DNA of 64,000 bases, taken from the human T2T-CHM13v2.0 reference genome, Homo sapiens. Below the pieces are notes generated by a model. That model ran no database searches. It was not told where the DNA came from and saw only the letters and a program-made list of their open reading frames with translations. Both the position numbers and the translations under genes were made by a program. This document shows, piece by piece, positions 63,290 to 64,000 of the stretch (positions within the stretch are counted from its first letter, which is position 1; each line of letters opens with the position of its first letter). The DNA lies in NCBI RefSeq assembly GCF_009914755.1, contig NC_060934.1, one strand, 5' to 3'.

Positions 63290-63400
63290 ATCAATCAATC
63301 ACATTTGTTGAGCATCTGTTATGTGCTAGGCCCTGTTGTAGGTGGTAGGGGATACCAAGATTTATCTGTCTGAGGCCCTACCCTGGTGGCGTTCACAGGT
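63290..63400 (-). mobile_element. L2 3' end
   Basis: tcaatcaatcacatttgttgagcatctgttatgtgctaggccctgt. Confidence 0.75.
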
Positions 63401-64000
63401 TGGTGGGTTTAGGAAAGAGCCTCATTTTCCATTGGTGGATGATATGTTCTCCCCACCAACCATCTCTCTAAACTCTGGCACCTTTCTTGTCCAGCATTTC
63501 TACCTTTTGAGCCTCTCTGCCACTTTTCTGGCAAATTACAGAAGAAGCAAAGCAGTTGTTGCCCCTGCATCCAGCACATCAGAAGTCCAGGTAATACAGG
63601 CCTGGAGTAACCATGGCAACCTTAATGGAGCTCAATGACCCAGCATAAATCTGGCCGAGCTCATTGTGAAATGTGAGGGAGCTCTGTCTGCTTCAAACCG
63701 TTTGGAGGGAAAGGTGCCTTGCACTCCGTGGGTGACTGACAGAAGGTTTCCCCAGAGCGCAGAGGAAAAGCCGGGGGATGCGACACTCAGAGTGAAAAGG
63801 AAAGGAAGACTTGATGTTGACGAGGAATGGTTTTCTATGGTCTGTTGACATGGCCTGCTGAACCCGGCTGACATATTCATCTGGTCATTTATTTCCATGC
63901 TCTGGGCCTGTCTTGAGCTTGCTAAATACATTTAAAAAAAGCTCCAGCTATGGAAGGAACATGAAACATTTTCAATACAACTACACACGTGCATGTGCAC

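Overview
Primate (human-like) non-coding genomic DNA, either intergenic or deep intronic. I find no credible protein-coding exon, tRNA, rRNA or CRISPR array. The ORF track is almost entirely spurious, apart from decayed L1 ORF2 fragments and one retrocopy. Much of the window is transposon-derived: 7 Alus (6 on the minus strand), a ~3.9 kb 5'-truncated primate L1, old L1M fragments, many MIR/L2/L3/L4 relics, MaLR/ERVL solo LTRs (THE1, MLT1, MLT2, LTR33, LTR16) and DNA-transposon relics (MER94, MER53, MER5, MER44A, MER113). The one gene-derived feature is a full-length processed pseudogene of C19orf53 (16784-17399) inserted in an L2. Structures that standard annotation does not explain: an 82-nt bulge-free hairpin whose mismatches become G-U pairs on the minus strand (20612-20693); a ~160-bp inverted duplication of a MIR-derived segment (12890-13657); CpG retention limited to the 5' end of the pseudogene; a ~1.14-kb tandem duplication (60118-62393); a snap-back AT-rich palindrome (47666-47807); and several repeat-free, motif-dense blocks that look like enhancers or non-coding exons. 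I cannot show a new biological system from sequence alone; these are testable candidates. Repeat subfamily calls come from recalled consensus motifs, and boundaries of ancient repeats are approximate.
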